Position numbers and translations under genes: made by a program | In this document: piece after piece, positions 8,624 to 17,902 of the stretch | Layout: each line of letters starts with the position of its first letter | How positions within the stretch are numbered: the first letter of the stretch is position 1 | Assembly (NCBI GenBank): GCA_944368805.1 | Contig: CALVXC010000001.1 | Span: 7,885-71,884, forward strand | Length of the DNA: 64,000 nucleotides | DNA from: an uncultured Bacilli bacterium | GTDB taxonomy: Bacteria; Bacillota_I; Bacilli_A; RF39; UBA660 | Reading direction: 5' to 3' | The notes under the pieces: generated by a model | What the model was told of the DNA's origin: nothing | What the model saw: only the letters and a program-made list of their open reading frames with translations | Databases searched by the model: none

Positions 8624-10270
8624 ATGAGTAAAATAAGAATATTTAGTTTAGGTGGTTTAAACGAACTAGGTAAAAATATGTATATAGTAGAAGTTGATGA
8701 AGATATATTTGTCTTTGATGCCGGATTAAAATATGCTGAAGACAAAATGTTAGGGGTTGACTATATTATACCTAATTACGATTATTTAAAAGAAAATCAA
8801 AACCGAATTAAAGGTGTATTTATTACTCACGGTCATAATGAACAAATGGGCGCATTGACAGATATTTTAGTTGATTTACCTAATTTACCTATATATGCAA
8901 CTAGTTTTACTGCTAAAATTATTCGTCAAGAATTATTAAATGAAAATTTAGATACTAGTAATTTACACGAAATAAAAAGTCATCGGAAAATGAAAGTTGG
9001 TAATAGTTATATATTTCCAATTAACTTAACTCATTCTGTTCCAGAAAGCGTTGGTTATGTTTTATACACTAATGACGGAGCAATTTTCTATACCGGTAAT
9101 TTTGTTTTTGATCCAACAATGATTGGTAGTTATAAAACTGATATCGGCAAATTAGCTTATGTTGGTAAACAAGGTGTTTTATGCTTAATGAGTGAATCTA
9201 GTTATGCTGATAAACCGGGTTTTACTTCACCTAATCATCGTATTAGTCAAGTTATAAGTGAAACATTAAATCGTAGTGAAGGACGTGTTTTGTTTAATGT
9301 TTTACATGCTCAATTATATCGTATTCAAGAATTATTTGAAGAAGTTTCCAAAACAGATCGTAATATTATCGTTTTAGGAAAGAACTTACAAAACATTTTA
9401 ATTCATGCGATTGATGCTGGTTATGTAAAATTTGATAAAAAAAGAATTGTCAGTATCAAACATGTTAACGATGATGATATAGTAATTATCGTTTCTGATG
9501 AACGTGAAAAACCTTTTTCTAATTTAAATCGAATTATAAAAGGTTATGATAAATTTGTTAAATTAAAAGAAAGTGATACTATTTTATTTGCTTCACCAGT
9601 ATTTGACGGTAACGAAAAAACAGCAGCTAAACTATTTGATAATATTGCTAGAACAGGAGCTAATTTAGTTAATCTTCCTACTAAAAAATATTTATCACAT
9701 CATGCTTCAAGTGAAGATTTAATGTTAATGTTAGATTTAATGCAACCTAAATACTATTTTCCTGTTATTGGTGAATATCGTCATCAAGTAGCCAATGCTG
9801 AAGTTGCTAAAAGTATTGGCATGACCGATGAAAATATTTTATTAAAATTAAATGGTCAAGTTGTTACTTTTGAAAATGGTAAATTAGTAGATACTAACGA
9901 AATTGTTAAAACTGATGAAATCTTAATTGATGGAAAAACCGTAGGTGATATAGGAGAATTAGTTTTAAAAGATCGTGAATCATTAAGTGACAATGGTATT
10001 GTTTTAATTACTGTTACTTTAGATAAAGAAACAAAAAAAGTTTTAGCTGGTCCTGAAATAATGACTAGAGGTTTTATTTATGTAAAAGATAATATTGATT
10101 TAATAAAAGAAGCAGAAAAATTATCGTTAGAAGTAGTAAAAGCTAATATAAAACCTAACTATGTTGATTTCAATAAAATAAAATCAGGAATTCGGGATAA
10201 AGTAGGGAGCTATTTTTATGAAGAAACCGAATGTCGACCAATGATTTTAGTAGTCATGCAAGAAGTATAA
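8624..10270 (+). CDS. RNase J-family metallo-beta-lactamase/beta-CASP protein with degenerate catalytic motifs (RNase J2-like paralog)
   Basis: 548 aa. N-terminus 'IFSLGGLNELGKNMYIVEVDEDIFVFDAGL' is typical RNase J. Motif II is HGHNEQ instead of HGHEDH, motif IV is 'GNF' instead of 'GDF', and the C-terminal 'IHGEY' is 'VIGEY'. Confidence 0.75.
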   Translation: MSKIRIFSLGGLNELGKNMYIVEVDEDIFVFDAGLKYAEDKMLGVDYIIPNYDYLKENQNRIKGVFITHGHNEQMGALTDILVDLPNLPIYATSFTAKIIRQELLNENLDTSNLHEIKSHRKMKVGNSYIFPINLTHSVPESVGYVLYTNDGAIFYTGNFVFDPTMIGSYKTDIGKLAYVGKQGVLCLMSESSYADKPGFTSPNHRISQVISETLNRSEGRVLFNVLHAQLYRIQELFEEVSKTDRNIIVLGKNLQNILIHAIDAGYVKFDKKRIVSIKHVNDDDIVIIVSDEREKPFSNLNRIIKGYDKFVKLKESDTILFASPVFDGNEKTAAKLFDNIARTGANLVNLPTKKYLSHHASSEDLMLMLDLMQPKYYFPVIGEYRHQVANAEVAKSIGMTDENILLKLNGQVVTFENGKLVDTNEIVKTDEILIDGKTVGDIGELVLKDRESLSDNGIVLITVTLDKETKKVLAGPEIMTRGFIYVKDNIDLIKEAEKLSLEVVKANIKPNYVDFNKIKSGIRDKVGSYFYEETECRPMILVVMQEV

Positions 10271-10276
10271 ATTATA

Positions 10277-10301
10277 AAACTACGTCAAGTAGTTTTTTTT
10301 T
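10277..10301 (+). terminator. intrinsic terminator after the RNase J gene (aaactac-gtcaa-gtagttt plus T9)
   Basis: 6-7 bp stem followed by a 9-T run. Confidence 0.7.
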
Positions 10302-10309
10302 AAAAAAGA

Positions 10310-10338
10310 TTGACATTATTATTGTTTTAGCATATACT
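10310..10338 (+). promoter_or_regulatory. sigma-A promoter of the marR-ABC operon (TTGACA-17-TATACT)
   Basis: Consensus -35 at 10310-10315 and -10 at 10333-10338. The transcript would start near 10345, giving a 135-nt leader. Confidence 0.6.
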
Positions 10339-10361
10339 TAATTATGTTGCGCTTGCAACTT

Positions 10362-10442
10362 AAACAAAAGAGGTAAAACAAAATAAGTAAAACAAAGAGG
10401 CAAAACAAAAGAGTTAAAACAAAGAGACAAAACAAAAGAGGT
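10362..10442 (+). repeat. tandem array of six 13/14-nt units (consensus AAAACAAA(A)GAGNN) in the marR leader
   Basis: Units read directly: aaacaaaagaggt / aaaacaaaataagt / aaaacaaagaggc / aaaacaaaagagtt / aaaacaaagagac / aaaacaaaagaggt. Preceded by the small palindrome gttgc-gctt-gcaac (10346-10359). Confidence 0.8.
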
Positions 10443-10479
10443 AAAAGATAGGGTGTAAAGAAAGGAGTAAGCAATTTTT

Positions 10480-10929
10480 ATGGATGATATTGATATGCTA
10501 CCAGTATATTTAGACAAAATAAAAAAACAAATAAAAAAAGATATCGATATTGATTTAAAAAAATATTCTTTAAGTAATATGCATGGGATGCATTTAATGT
10601 GTCTTTATAAAAACAGTAATGGACTTACTTTAAACGAACTAACCGAACGTATTAAAATTGATAAAGCTAATACAACTAGAGCCATTACTGATTTGATGTT
10701 AAAAGGATATGTTACGAAAGATAATAAGATCCGTGGTTATAAAGTAATTTTAACACCTAAAGGCTTAGAAATAGCCTCACTATTTTATAATCATCATCAT
10801 AGGCGAATGAAACAAATTTTAGAAATATTTAATAATCAAGAAAAAAAACAAATGCTTTCATTTTTAAAACGCATAATTAATAAATTAGATGAGGAGGATG
10901 AAAATGAAGAAAATTTTAAAAATTCTTAA
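10480..10929 (+). CDS. MarR-family transcriptional regulator
   Basis: 149 aa winged-HTH ('LTLNELTERIKIDKANTTRAITDLMLKGYV'). Overlaps the start of the downstream ABC exporter gene. Confidence 0.7.
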   Translation: MDDIDMLPVYLDKIKKQIKKDIDIDLKKYSLSNMHGMHLMCLYKNSNGLTLNELTERIKIDKANTTRAITDLMLKGYVTKDNKIRGYKVILTPKGLEIASLFYNHHHRRMKQILEIFNNQEKKQMLSFLKRIINKLDEEDENEENFKNS

Positions 10930-13138
10930 AAAATACAGCCTTGGTATTATAGCTGTTATTGTTTTACTATTTATTCAAGCCATGTGTGATTTATCATTAC
11001 CCGATTATACAGCTAAAATAGTAAATGTTGGTATTGGTCAAAATGGTATTGAAGAAAGTGTTCCTAAAGTTATCAAAGAAGAAACCTTAGATAATGTTTT
11101 ATTATTTGCTAGCGATGAAGAAACAGAAGATATTCTAAAACATTATTCTTTAATTAGTAAAGATAACTTATCAGAAAAGGAATATGAAGATTATTTAGCT
11201 AAATATCCATCATTAGCTAAAGAAAACTTATATCTTTTAAATGATTTAACTGATGAACAGTTACAATCATTAGAACAAAATTTTCAAATACCTTATTTAG
11301 TATTAACTACTTTAACAACCGATGATACTAAAATAAAAGAACAGTTAAAACAAATGTTCCCACAAATGAATTCAGAAACGAATATTATAGATATTTTAAG
11401 TACTTTAGATAAAAGTCAATTAACCAATATTCGACAAGAATTTTCTAAAGAATTAACCGATATTGATGATAGTCTAATCGATCAAATGACTATTGCGTCT
11501 TTGAAAGTAGAATATGAAGAAATTGGTATTGATATAAGTAAATTACAAACCAATTATATTATAAACGTTGGCTTAAAAATGTTAGGTTTAGCTTTATTAG
11601 CTATGTTTATCTCTGTAATTGTAACTTATTTAGCTGCTAAAATTTCTGCTTTATTTAGCCGTGATTTAAGAAGTCGAGTAGTTCATAAAGTAATGGATTT
11701 TTCTCATAAAGAATTTAAAGATTATGGTATTGCTTCACTAATTACTAGAAGTACTAATGATATTCAACAAATTCAAATGCTACTAGTTATGTTATTACGA
11801 ATTGTTGTTTATGCTCCAATTATCGGTTTTGGTGCTTTATCAAAAGTTAGTGGTAGTTCTATGTCATGGATTATTGGAGTTGCTGTTTTAACAATTTTAA
11901 GTTTAGTCATTGTTCTTTTCGCAGTTGCTCTTCCTAAATTTAAAATCGTTCAAAAATTAATTGATAAATTAAATTTAGTTTCAAGAGAGATTTTAACAGG
12001 TTTACCTGTTATTCGTGCCTTTGCTAATGAACGTCATGAAGAAAAACGTTTTGATAAAGCTAATCAAGACTTAACAAAAACCAATTTATTTGTTAACCGT
12101 ATAATGACGATAATGATGCCAAGTATGATGTTTATTATGAACGGTGTATGCGTTTTAATCGTTTGGGTAGGAGCAAGTAAAGTTGACCTTGGAAATATTC
12201 AAGTAGGAACTTTAATGGCCTTTATTACTTATACGATGCAAATTATAATGGCTTTCTTAATGATTTCGATGGTTAGTATTATGTTACCAAGAGCTTGGGT
12301 ATCAGTTAAACGAACTAATGAAATTCTAAATCAAGATATTTCTGTTAAGGAAAAAGAACAAACTAAAGATTTTGATCCTAATCAAAAAGGAACTCTTGAA
12401 TTTAAAGATGTTTACTTTAGATATCCTGACGCTTTAGAAGACGTTTTACAAAACATTTCTTTTAAAGTAAAAAAAGGAACAACTACAGCTTTTATCGGGT
12501 CAACCGGTTCTGGTAAATCAACTTTAATTAACTTAATTCCAAGATTTTTTGATGTGACAGGTGGTAAAATTATTTTAGATGGTGTTGATATTAAAGATGT
12601 TCCTTTAAAAGAATTACGTTCTAAAATAGGTTACGTACCACAAAAAGGTGTTTTATTTTCAGGAACTATTGCTTCTAATATTGGTTTTGGTAATGATGAT
12701 TTAACCAAAGAACAATTAGAAAAAGCATCACAAATCAGTCAATCTTTAGAATTTATTAACGACAAAAAAGATCGTTTTGAAACTCCGATATCACAAGGTG
12801 GTACGAATGTATCAGGTGGTCAAAAACAACGTTTATCAATAGCTAGAGCTATTGCTATTAATCCAGAATTTTATATTTTCGATGATAGTTTTTCAGCTCT
12901 AGATTATAAAACTGACGCTAAATTAAGAGCATCATTAGCTAAAGAAACTAAAGATAGTACGATTTTGATAGTCGCTCAAAGAGTAAGTACAGTTATGAAT
13001 GCTGATCAAATTATCGTTTTAGATAAAGGAAAAATAGTTGGGATAGGTAGTCATAAAGAATTAATGAAAACTTGTGATATTTATAGACAAATTTCCCTAT
13101 CACAATTATCAAAGGAGGAATTAGCTTATGGAGAATAA
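10904..13138 (+). CDS. ABC exporter permease/ATPase fusion, subunit 1 of a heterodimer (degenerate ATP site, about 200-aa extracytoplasmic insertion)
   Basis: Start ATG 10904 after 'ggagga'. Walker A GSTGSGKST and signature VSGGQKQRLSIARA. Walker B 'IFDDSFSALD' has D in place of the catalytic E, and the H-loop is 'AQR' instead of 'AHR'. Large hydrophilic loop after TM1 (residues about 35-230). Confidence 0.8.
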   Translation: MKKILKILKKYSLGIIAVIVLLFIQAMCDLSLPDYTAKIVNVGIGQNGIEESVPKVIKEETLDNVLLFASDEETEDILKHYSLISKDNLSEKEYEDYLAKYPSLAKENLYLLNDLTDEQLQSLEQNFQIPYLVLTTLTTDDTKIKEQLKQMFPQMNSETNIIDILSTLDKSQLTNIRQEFSKELTDIDDSLIDQMTIASLKVEYEEIGIDISKLQTNYIINVGLKMLGLALLAMFISVIVTYLAAKISALFSRDLRSRVVHKVMDFSHKEFKDYGIASLITRSTNDIQQIQMLLVMLLRIVVYAPIIGFGALSKVSGSSMSWIIGVAVLTILSLVIVLFAVALPKFKIVQKLIDKLNLVSREILTGLPVIRAFANERHEEKRFDKANQDLTKTNLFVNRIMTIMMPSMMFIMNGVCVLIVWVGASKVDLGNIQVGTLMAFITYTMQIIMAFLMISMVSIMLPRAWVSVKRTNEILNQDISVKEKEQTKDFDPNQKGTLEFKDVYFRYPDALEDVLQNISFKVKKGTTTAFIGSTGSGKSTLINLIPRFFDVTGGKIILDGVDIKDVPLKELRSKIGYVPQKGVLFSGTIASNIGFGNDDLTKEQLEKASQISQSLEFINDKKDRFETPISQGGTNVSGGQKQRLSIARAIAINPEFYIFDDSFSALDYKTDAKLRASLAKETKDSTILIVAQRVSTVMNADQIIVLDKGKIVGIGSHKELMKTCDIYRQISLSQLSKEELAYGE

Positions 13139-14933
13139 AAAACCAGGAATGCATAATTTAGAAAAAGCTAAAGACTTCAAAGGTACTTTAAAAAAATTAT
13201 TTAAGTATTTAGGTCAATATAAAATATCTTTAATTGTTGTCATAATTTTTGCTGTAGCTAGTACTGTCTTTGCCATTGTTGGACCAAAAATTTTGGGTAA
13301 TGCAACTACCGAATTATTTAATGGTTTAATGGATAAAATAAATGGTGTTGGTGGTATTGATTTTGAAAAAATTGCTGGTATTTTATTAACTTTATTAGTT
13401 TTATACATTATAAGTGCTTTATTTTCATATATCCAAGGTTTTATTATGAGTGGTGTTACCCAAAAAATGACTTACAAAATGCGTCAAGAATTATCAGTTA
13501 AAATAGGTAAATTACCAATGAAATATTTTGATAAAAAGAATCATGGTGAAGTATTATCAGTTATTACTAACGATGTCGATACTTTATCTCAAAGTTTAAA
13601 TCAAAGTGCGATTCAACTAATTACTTCTATTGTTACTTTAATCGGAATTTTCTTCATGATGTTATCAATTAGTATACCAATGACTTTACTTGCTTTACTA
13701 GTTTTACCACTATCAGCTGTTTTAATAATGTTAGTAGTTAAAAAATCACAAAAATACTTTAAAAGTCAACAAGAATATTTAGGACACGTTAATGGTAAAG
13801 TTGAAGAAATGTATTCTGGTCATTCTGTAATTAAAGCTTTTAACGCTGAAGAAAAAATGTTAAAAGGTTTTACTAAAGACAATAACGTTTTATGTGATTC
13901 AGCTTTAAAAAGTCAATTTTTATCTGGTTTAATGCAACCAATTATGAATTTTGTAGGTAATTTAGGTTATGTTATGGTAGCTATTGTCGGTGGATATTTA
14001 GCTATTAACGGTAAAATAACTGTTGGTAATATCCAATCATTTATTCAATATATGCGTCAATTTACTCAACCAATTGCTCAAATAGCTCAAGTATCTAATA
14101 TGTTACAATCAATGATGGCCGCAGCTGAACGTATTTTTGAATTTTTAGAAGAAGTTGAAGAAGAACAAACAATTAAAAACAAGGTAACTACTGATAATAT
14201 TAAAGGTAATGTCGTTTTTGATCATGTTAAATTTGGTTATAACGAAAATCAAATTGTTATTCATGATTTTACTAGTAAGATTAAACAAGGTAGTAAAGTG
14301 GCAATAGTTGGTCCAACGGGTGCTGGTAAGACAACCATGGTTAAATTATTAATGCGCTTTTACAACGTATTAGATGGTCAAATTTTAATTGATAACCATA
14401 ATATTAACGACTTTGATCGTAATGACTTACGCAAAGTATTTGGAATGGTTTTACAAGAAACATGGCTATTTAATGGAACCATTATGGAAAATATTCGCTA
14501 TGGTAGATTAGATGCAACCGACGATGAAGTTATTGAAGCTGCTAAAAAAGCTGAAGTTCATCACTTTATTCAAACGCTACCAGGTGGTTATAACATGGTT
14601 TTAAATGAAGACGCTAATAATATTTCACAAGGTCAAAGACAATTACTAACGATTGCTCGTGCTATATTGGCTGATCCTAAAATCTTAATTTTAGATGAAG
14701 CAACTTCATCAGTTGATACGAGAACTGAAATCTTAATTCAAAAAGCAATGGATGAACTTATGAAAGGAAGAACCACTTTCATTATTGCGCACCGTTTATC
14801 AACAATTAAAGATGCTGATATGATTTTAGTAATGGATAAAGGTGATATTATTGAAACAGGTAATCATCAACAATTATTAGAAAAAGATGGCTTTTACGCT
14901 AAATTGTATAATTCACAATTTGAATCATCATAA
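13128..14933 (+). CDS. ABC exporter permease/ATPase fusion, subunit 2 (canonical ATP site)
   Basis: Walker A GPTGAGKTT, signature 'ISQGQRQLLTIARA', Walker B 'ILDEATSSVD', H-loop 'IAHRLSTI'. Overlaps the upstream partner by 11 nt. Confidence 0.85.
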   Translation: MENKKPGMHNLEKAKDFKGTLKKLFKYLGQYKISLIVVIIFAVASTVFAIVGPKILGNATTELFNGLMDKINGVGGIDFEKIAGILLTLLVLYIISALFSYIQGFIMSGVTQKMTYKMRQELSVKIGKLPMKYFDKKNHGEVLSVITNDVDTLSQSLNQSAIQLITSIVTLIGIFFMMLSISIPMTLLALLVLPLSAVLIMLVVKKSQKYFKSQQEYLGHVNGKVEEMYSGHSVIKAFNAEEKMLKGFTKDNNVLCDSALKSQFLSGLMQPIMNFVGNLGYVMVAIVGGYLAINGKITVGNIQSFIQYMRQFTQPIAQIAQVSNMLQSMMAAAERIFEFLEEVEEEQTIKNKVTTDNIKGNVVFDHVKFGYNENQIVIHDFTSKIKQGSKVAIVGPTGAGKTTMVKLLMRFYNVLDGQILIDNHNINDFDRNDLRKVFGMVLQETWLFNGTIMENIRYGRLDATDDEVIEAAKKAEVHHFIQTLPGGYNMVLNEDANNISQGQRQLLTIARAILADPKILILDEATSSVDTRTEILIQKAMDELMKGRTTFIIAHRLSTIKDADMILVMDKGDIIETGNHQQLLEKDGFYAKLYNSQFESS

Positions 14934-14986
14934 TTTTTAGTTGAAATTTTTAAATTAAAAATGTATAATACATCTGGGAGGTTTAT

Positions 14987-15505
14987 ATGAAAAAAATAAA
15001 AGAAATTATAAGAAAATTTAAAGTAGAAGAAATTCCTTTTGCTTTAGATGATTTAAAACCAATTTATATAACACAATATTACCTTAAAGTTAATACTAAT
15101 TATGAGGTAAGAATTAAAAAATGTAATAATCAATATACCCAAGCCGAAATAATTCAAAAAGGAAAAGATGTCATTAAAAAAGAAACTGAAATGACTAAAG
15201 AACAATTTGATATAATTAATCAATGTTTTGTAGGTGATCCAATCGAAAAGAAACGTTATATTGTTTCTTTGCCTGATAATTTATTGGCTGAAATAGATGT
15301 TCATCAAGGAAAAACAGCTGGGCTTATCAGTGCCAAAGTTAAATTTAAAGATGAAATTCAAGCTTATAGTTTTATTAAACCAGATTGGTTTGGTGAAGAT
15401 ATTACTAATGATTTAGGTTTACGAAGTAAATATCTTGCTGTAAAACCTAAACAATTAATTGATTTTAAAGAAAACGATAAAATAAAGATAAAAAAGCTGA
15501 CTTAG
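14987..15505 (+). CDS. CYTH-like (triphosphate tunnel) domain protein
   Basis: 172 aa. N-terminal 'RKFKVEE...ITQYYL...EVRIKK' resembles the ExExK/R-rich CYTH motif series. Assignment is tentative. Confidence 0.4.
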   Translation: MKKIKEIIRKFKVEEIPFALDDLKPIYITQYYLKVNTNYEVRIKKCNNQYTQAEIIQKGKDVIKKETEMTKEQFDIINQCFVGDPIEKKRYIVSLPDNLLAEIDVHQGKTAGLISAKVKFKDEIQAYSFIKPDWFGEDITNDLGLRSKYLAVKPKQLIDFKENDKIKIKKLT

Positions 15506-15520
15506 TCAGTTTTTCTATTG
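15493..15520 (+). terminator. intrinsic terminator (gctgac-tta-gtcag plus tttttc) overlapping the CYTH gene stop
   Basis: Hairpin plus T-run. Confidence 0.55.
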
Positions 15521-15570
15521 AAATAATAAAAAAAGTATGTTATTATCTTTTAAGAAATGAAGGGATTATT

Positions 15571-16983
15571 ATGTTACCAAATTTACAAGAAGCTAAAATT
15601 AGAACCAAAAATAAAGTTGATATTAAAAATTATCATTTAGATCCTAAATATAAAAATTTAGGTTTAAATAAAAAATATTATATTAAAACATATGGTTGTC
15701 AGATGAATGAACACGATACTGAAAACATTAAAGCTATTTTAGAACAAATGCATTTTACCGAAACTACTTTAATGGAAGAAGCTGATTTAATTTTACTAAA
15801 TACATGTGCGATTAGAGAAAATGCTCATAATAAAGTATTTGGTATGATTGGAAGAATTAAGCATTTAAAAGAAACTAAACCTCATATTATAGTAGGATTA
15901 TGTGGTTGTATGGCTCAAGAAGAAATTGTTATTGATGAAATCATGAAACGATATAAATGGTTAGATATTGTTTTTGGAACTCATAATATTGCTAATGTAC
16001 CAGAAATATTAAATAAATCTTTAACTAAAAAACAATTAGCTATTGAAGTTATGAGTATTGAAGGTGATATTGTTGAAAATATTCCGGTTAAAAGAGAAAG
16101 TAAATATAAAGCTTGGGTTAATATTATGTATGGTTGTGATAAATTTTGTACTTACTGTATTGTCCCTTATACGAGAGGGAAACAAAGAAGTCGCCTACCT
16201 AAAGATATTATTAATGAAGTAAAACAACTAGTAAAAGAAGGTTATCAAGAAATAACTTTATTAGGTCAAAACGTTAATGCCTATGGTAAAGATTTAGATA
16301 TCGATTATACGATGGCTAATTTACTTAATGATGTTGCAAAAACTAATATCAAAAGAATTTTCTTTGTTACTAGTCATCCTTGGGATTTTACTTTAGATAT
16401 GATTGAAGCTATTAAAAATAATGATAATGTTAAACCTTATATTCATTTACCATTACAATCAGGTTCAAATGAGATTTTAAAAAAAATGGGACGTCGTTAT
16501 ACTAAAGAAAGTTATTTGGAATTGTACAATTTGTTAAGAAGTAGTATCCCTAATGTTTCTATTACCACTGATATTATTGTTGGTTTTCCTAATGAAAGTG
16601 ATCAAGATTTTAATGATACTTTAGATGTAGTTAATAAGTGTAAATTTGATTCAGCTTTTACTTTTATTTTTTCACCACGTGAAGGAACACCAGCTAGTAA
16701 AATGAAAGATAATGTTAGTTTAGAAATTAAAAATCAAAGATTGCAACAACTAAATAAATTAATTAATAAATATTCGAATGAAGCTAATATGAAATATTTA
16801 AATAAAACAGTTGATGTTTTACTTGAAAAAGTTAGTGAAAAAAATCCTAATATGTTAATGGGTTATACTGATACTATGAAATTAGTTAATGTTTTAGCCC
16901 CTAAAGATAATATTGGTAAAATTGTTAAAGTCAAAATTGAAAGTGTCAAAACATGGAGTTTAGATGGAAAAATAGTAAAGTAA
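15571..16983 (+). CDS. miaB: tRNA-i6A37 methylthiotransferase MiaB (radical SAM MTTase)
   Basis: 470 aa. MTTase N-domain 'KTYGCQMNEHDTE', radical-SAM 'CDKFCTYCIVPYTRG' and a TRAM C-terminus. Confidence 0.85.
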   Translation: MLPNLQEAKIRTKNKVDIKNYHLDPKYKNLGLNKKYYIKTYGCQMNEHDTENIKAILEQMHFTETTLMEEADLILLNTCAIRENAHNKVFGMIGRIKHLKETKPHIIVGLCGCMAQEEIVIDEIMKRYKWLDIVFGTHNIANVPEILNKSLTKKQLAIEVMSIEGDIVENIPVKRESKYKAWVNIMYGCDKFCTYCIVPYTRGKQRSRLPKDIINEVKQLVKEGYQEITLLGQNVNAYGKDLDIDYTMANLLNDVAKTNIKRIFFVTSHPWDFTLDMIEAIKNNDNVKPYIHLPLQSGSNEILKKMGRRYTKESYLELYNLLRSSIPNVSITTDIIVGFPNESDQDFNDTLDVVNKCKFDSAFTFIFSPREGTPASKMKDNVSLEIKNQRLQQLNKLINKYSNEANMKYLNKTVDVLLEKVSEKNPNMLMGYTDTMKLVNVLAPKDNIGKIVKVKIESVKTWSLDGKIVK

Positions 16984-17039
16984 TTCTTTACTTTTTTTCA
17001 AATTACTGGTATTCTATATATAGAATAGGAGTGAATGTT

Positions 17040-17828
17040 ATGCCTAAAAAAAATACTACTAAAAAAGAAAATGAAAACGTTGATTTAGAAAAAACACAAA
17101 AATTAGATGTTGATGCTATTAAAAAACCAGATATGGAAAGCAAAAATACTAAAGAAAGTCAAAAAAAGAATTCTAAAACAACAACTAAAAACAATAAAAT
17201 AACAAGTAAAAAAACATCTAGCAAAAAAAAGAATAACGAATTTCCTAAATTTGAAAAAGAAGATGTTACTATAACAGAAATAGTATCTAAAATTAATGAA
17301 GAAAAAGGTCATATTAAAAATCCGGAAATTACTAATAAAAAATCAGGTATGTCATCGATTATTTTATTGCTTTTAGTGATTGTTGTTATTTGGGCTATGA
17401 TTTATTATTTATTTTTAAGCCCTAATGCTTATTTAAAAAACAATGATAAGGAAAATACTTTAGAAAATGAAGTAACTGATGATGCTCAAACAGAAAATGA
17501 TGAAGTTAATGAAGAACTTTTAATGATTGCTGAAACATCTGCTCAAAATTTTGTATCAGCCGCTATGTTATGGCATCAAGATGCTTTAATGCGTTATGGA
17601 AGTTTAACTGATGTAGAAGTATTAAAAGATGGATCAGTAGTTAAATTAGATGAACAAGATAGTTTTGCTTTAAATAATGATGAGAAAATAAATGTTAGTG
17701 GATCATTACCTGATAGTATAAATTCAATGATTATTTCTAAAGACGGTATTATCGTTATTTCACAAATCAATTTTAATGGTTATTGTTTTGATTACAATGG
17801 TGAAAGCCTAACCAATGTTGAATGTTAA
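17040..17828 (+). CDS. membrane-anchored hypothetical protein with Lys/Thr-rich N-terminal region
   Basis: Start ATG 17040 after 'taggagtg'. One TM helix (SSIILLLLVIVVIWAMIYYLFL). No recognised domain. Confidence 0.5.
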   Translation: MPKKNTTKKENENVDLEKTQKLDVDAIKKPDMESKNTKESQKKNSKTTTKNNKITSKKTSSKKKNNEFPKFEKEDVTITEIVSKINEEKGHIKNPEITNKKSGMSSIILLLLVIVVIWAMIYYLFLSPNAYLKNNDKENTLENEVTDDAQTENDEVNEELLMIAETSAQNFVSAAMLWHQDALMRYGSLTDVEVLKDGSVVKLDEQDSFALNNDEKINVSGSLPDSINSMIISKDGIIVISQINFNGYCFDYNGESLTNVEC

Positions 17829-17856
17829 AAAATAGTGTAAAAACTATTTTTTTTGT
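17829..17856 (+). terminator. intrinsic terminator (aaaatagt-gtaaaa-actatttt plus T-run)
   Basis: 8-bp stem and T8 directly after the stop codon. Confidence 0.6.
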
Positions 17857-17902
17857 TAACTTTTACTTCTTACTTGCATAAATTAAAGTGAGGAGGGATA
17901 AA

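Noticed and set aside
10362-10442. Tandem repeat array as a possible CRISPR array
   Set aside because: Units are 13-14 nt with no spacers (head-to-tail), far too short for CRISPR, and there are no cas genes. Interpreted as a leader/regulatory repeat instead.
16953-17039. Upstream extension of the membrane protein ORF overlapping miaB
   Set aside because: The extension (MEFRWKNSKVILYFF...) overlaps the miaB 3' end and has no RBS. ATG 17040 with 'aggagtg' is the credible start.
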